Below are positions 62,273-64,000 of a stretch of 64,000 nt of DNA, one piece after another. Under the pieces are notes generated by a model that ran no database searches, was not told the origin of the DNA, and was given only the letters and a program-made list of their open reading frames with translations. The stretch covers positions 181,354 through 245,353 of the forward strand of contig JBCCQQ010000002.1 of NCBI GenBank assembly GCA_039024555.1. Direction: 5' to 3'. This DNA is from Cyanobacteria bacterium P01_D01_bin.156. Its GTDB lineage: Bacteria > Cyanobacteriota > Cyanobacteriia > Phormidesmidales > Phormidesmidaceae. The first letter of the stretch is position 1. Each line of letters begins with the position of its first letter. The translations under genes and the position numbers were made by a program.

Positions 62273-63868
62273 ATGGCTGCACGATCATTCTCAGCAACTC
62301 CAGAAAGCCTTGATGCCATTAATCGAGCTATGGCAGATAAGCAGTGGAGTCGAGAAGATTTAGCTAAAGCCTGTGACTGTAGCCGTCAGCCTGCGGTGAA
62401 GTTTTGCTCTGGGAAAACGGTTAGCAAAAAGCTGTTTGTCAGTTTTTGTAATGAGCTGGGGTTGCACTGGGAAGAGATTGCCGGGTTAATACTCTCGCAG
62501 AATCTCAAAACTGCATCGCCTGAATCAGAGACAGATATTGACATACTGGTGCAGGAGGTTCGCCGTAAAGTCAAAGATGATATTGAGTACCGCTGCGGCA
62601 CAATGCGAGTACTGGATATGGAGCACAAGATTGGTCTGGATGATATCTACACCAGCGTCAATATTTTAGAGAAGTTATCAGGACGCCAGCGATTGGGAAT
62701 CGATGAGTTATTAGCGAACTTTCAACAAGAAGATTTTGATCGATTTGCTCTAGGGACAGTGCGGCAAGAACGAGTACCTGGATTAGAAGCAGTAGAACGG
62801 AATCCTGATGGTTTGATGATCCTAGGCAAGCCAGGGGCAGGAAAAACGACCTTTATGAAGCGTATGGCAATGCTATGCAGCCTAGGCGAGTTTATGAATG
62901 CACGAGTGCCAGTATTCATAACTCTCAAGGAGTTTTCAGAAGCAAAAGGTCAACCGACATTAATTGACTATATTGCATGGCAATGGAAGAATAACTCCCA
63001 TATCAACGATACACCTGTCAAACTACTAGCTAAGGCAGGGCGATTACTCATTTTATTAGACGGTCTTGATGAGGTTCAGGAAATCGAAAATGATCGTGTC
63101 ATACGAGAGATTCAAGACATTACTCGACAATATCGAGACTGCCAATTGGTTGCAACCTGCCGTATTGCATCGAGAGAATATATATTCGAGCAGTTTACTG
63201 AAGTAGAAGTAGCAGACTTTGACCAAGAACAAATTGCGAATTTTTCCACCAAGTGGTTTAAGACTAGAGAGGATCCAGAGAAAGGCAAGAACTTTATTCA
63301 ACAGTTAGACAACAATAAACCGATTAAAGAGCTAGCGACCAATCCACTACTGCTAACGTTACTGTGTTTAGTATTTGGAGAGGCTGCAGATTTTCCAGCC
63401 AATCGTGCAGAGCTATATAAAGAAGGACTAGATGTGCTTCTAAAGAAGTGGGATGCGAAGCGCAATATTGAACGCTATCAAGTCTATAAAAAGTTATCTC
63501 TCAAGAGAAAAGAAGACCTACTAAGTCAACTAGCATTTTACACCTTTGATCGAGGTGACTACTTCTTTAAGCAATCTGTTGTTGAGCAACAAATCGTTGA
63601 CTATATTCGTAATTTACCCAGAGCGAAAGACGATGAAGAAGCTTTACAGCTCGATGGAGCAGATGTTTTAGCCTCCATCGAAGCTCAACATGGTCTTTTA
63701 ATAGAAAGAGCTCGAGGCATTTATTCTTTTTCTCATTTAACATTTCAGGAATATTTCACAGCAAAGCAGATTACTCGACCAATCGCTGAACTGAATGTAG
63801 CGCTGACAAATTTGACAATGCATATTACTGACAAAAGATATCGTGAGATTTTCTTATTGAGAGAGTGA
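62273..63868 (+). pseudogene. HTH-NACHT NTPase, interrupted near its 3' end by an IS
   Basis: XRE-like HTH, Walker A GKPGAGKTT, LLDGLDEV, TCR, NPLLLTL, FSHLTFQEYF; frame ends at YREIFLL-RE*, where the last codons come from the IS end. Confidence 0.85.
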
Positions 63869-64000
63869 TCTGAATTTTGTGTAAACGCTTGTTTGCTTAA
63901 AGAGAAAAGCGTTCTGGGAAGAGAATAGCAAAATGTGACAAGGCAGCACGCCAATCTTTAATCGGTCGATTCCATTTTTTCGCGATATTATTCATCGCTA
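63861..64000 (-). mobile_element. IS256-family insertion sequence, right end (continues beyond window)
   Basis: TIR-like GAGAGTGATCTGAATTTTGTGTAAAC and a transposase C-terminus on the minus strand. Confidence 0.85.
63897..64000 (-). CDS. IS256-family transposase, C-terminal fragment
   Basis: Manual translation AMNNIAKKWNRPIKDWRAALSHFAILFPERFSL*, matching the typical IS256 ending 'KKW..PI..W..AL..FAI.F..R'. Confidence 0.85.
   Translation of the reverse strand, partial: AMNNIAKKWNRPIKDWRAALSHFAILFPERFSL

Noticed and set aside
63745..63954. 69-aa minus-strand ORF
   Set aside because: Wrong frame; spans the IS end and the NACHT antisense strand, while the transposase fragment is in another frame

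Overview
64-kb chromosomal window from a cyanobacterium, probably a filamentous Leptolyngbya-like lineage. This rests on frequent HIP1 GCGATCGC sites, a phycobilisome linker, ycf genes and hormogonium-type genes. Most of the window is core genome: hemL, hisIE, cpcL, groES-groEL with CIRCE and K-box, atpD-atpC, ffh, prfC, purB, tatA and tRNA-Arg(UCU). Small accessory modules are interspersed. The best candidates for undescribed systems are: (i) an AT-rich two-gene ABC-ATPase + TOPRIM-like (DUF3226-like) cassette resembling PARIS/OLD defence architecture (1327-3092); (ii) a P-loop NTPase + TPR-array pair with recently duplicated repeats that vary at fixed positions (14396-17270); (iii) an HTH-NACHT gene, interrupted by an IS256-family element at the window edge, divergent from a small two-helix membrane gene with direct repeats between them (61848-64000); (iv) an NrtR-controlled ADP-ribosylhydrolase + nicotinamidase-like operon with a clear operator; and (v) a secreted seven-repeat beta-propeller-like protein. 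Non-coding observations include two perfect loop-less 46-bp palindromes, REP-like GTAG elements, a nested-stem region of about 260 nt and a cluster of gene fragments. All calls come from reading motifs by eye; no database search was run.
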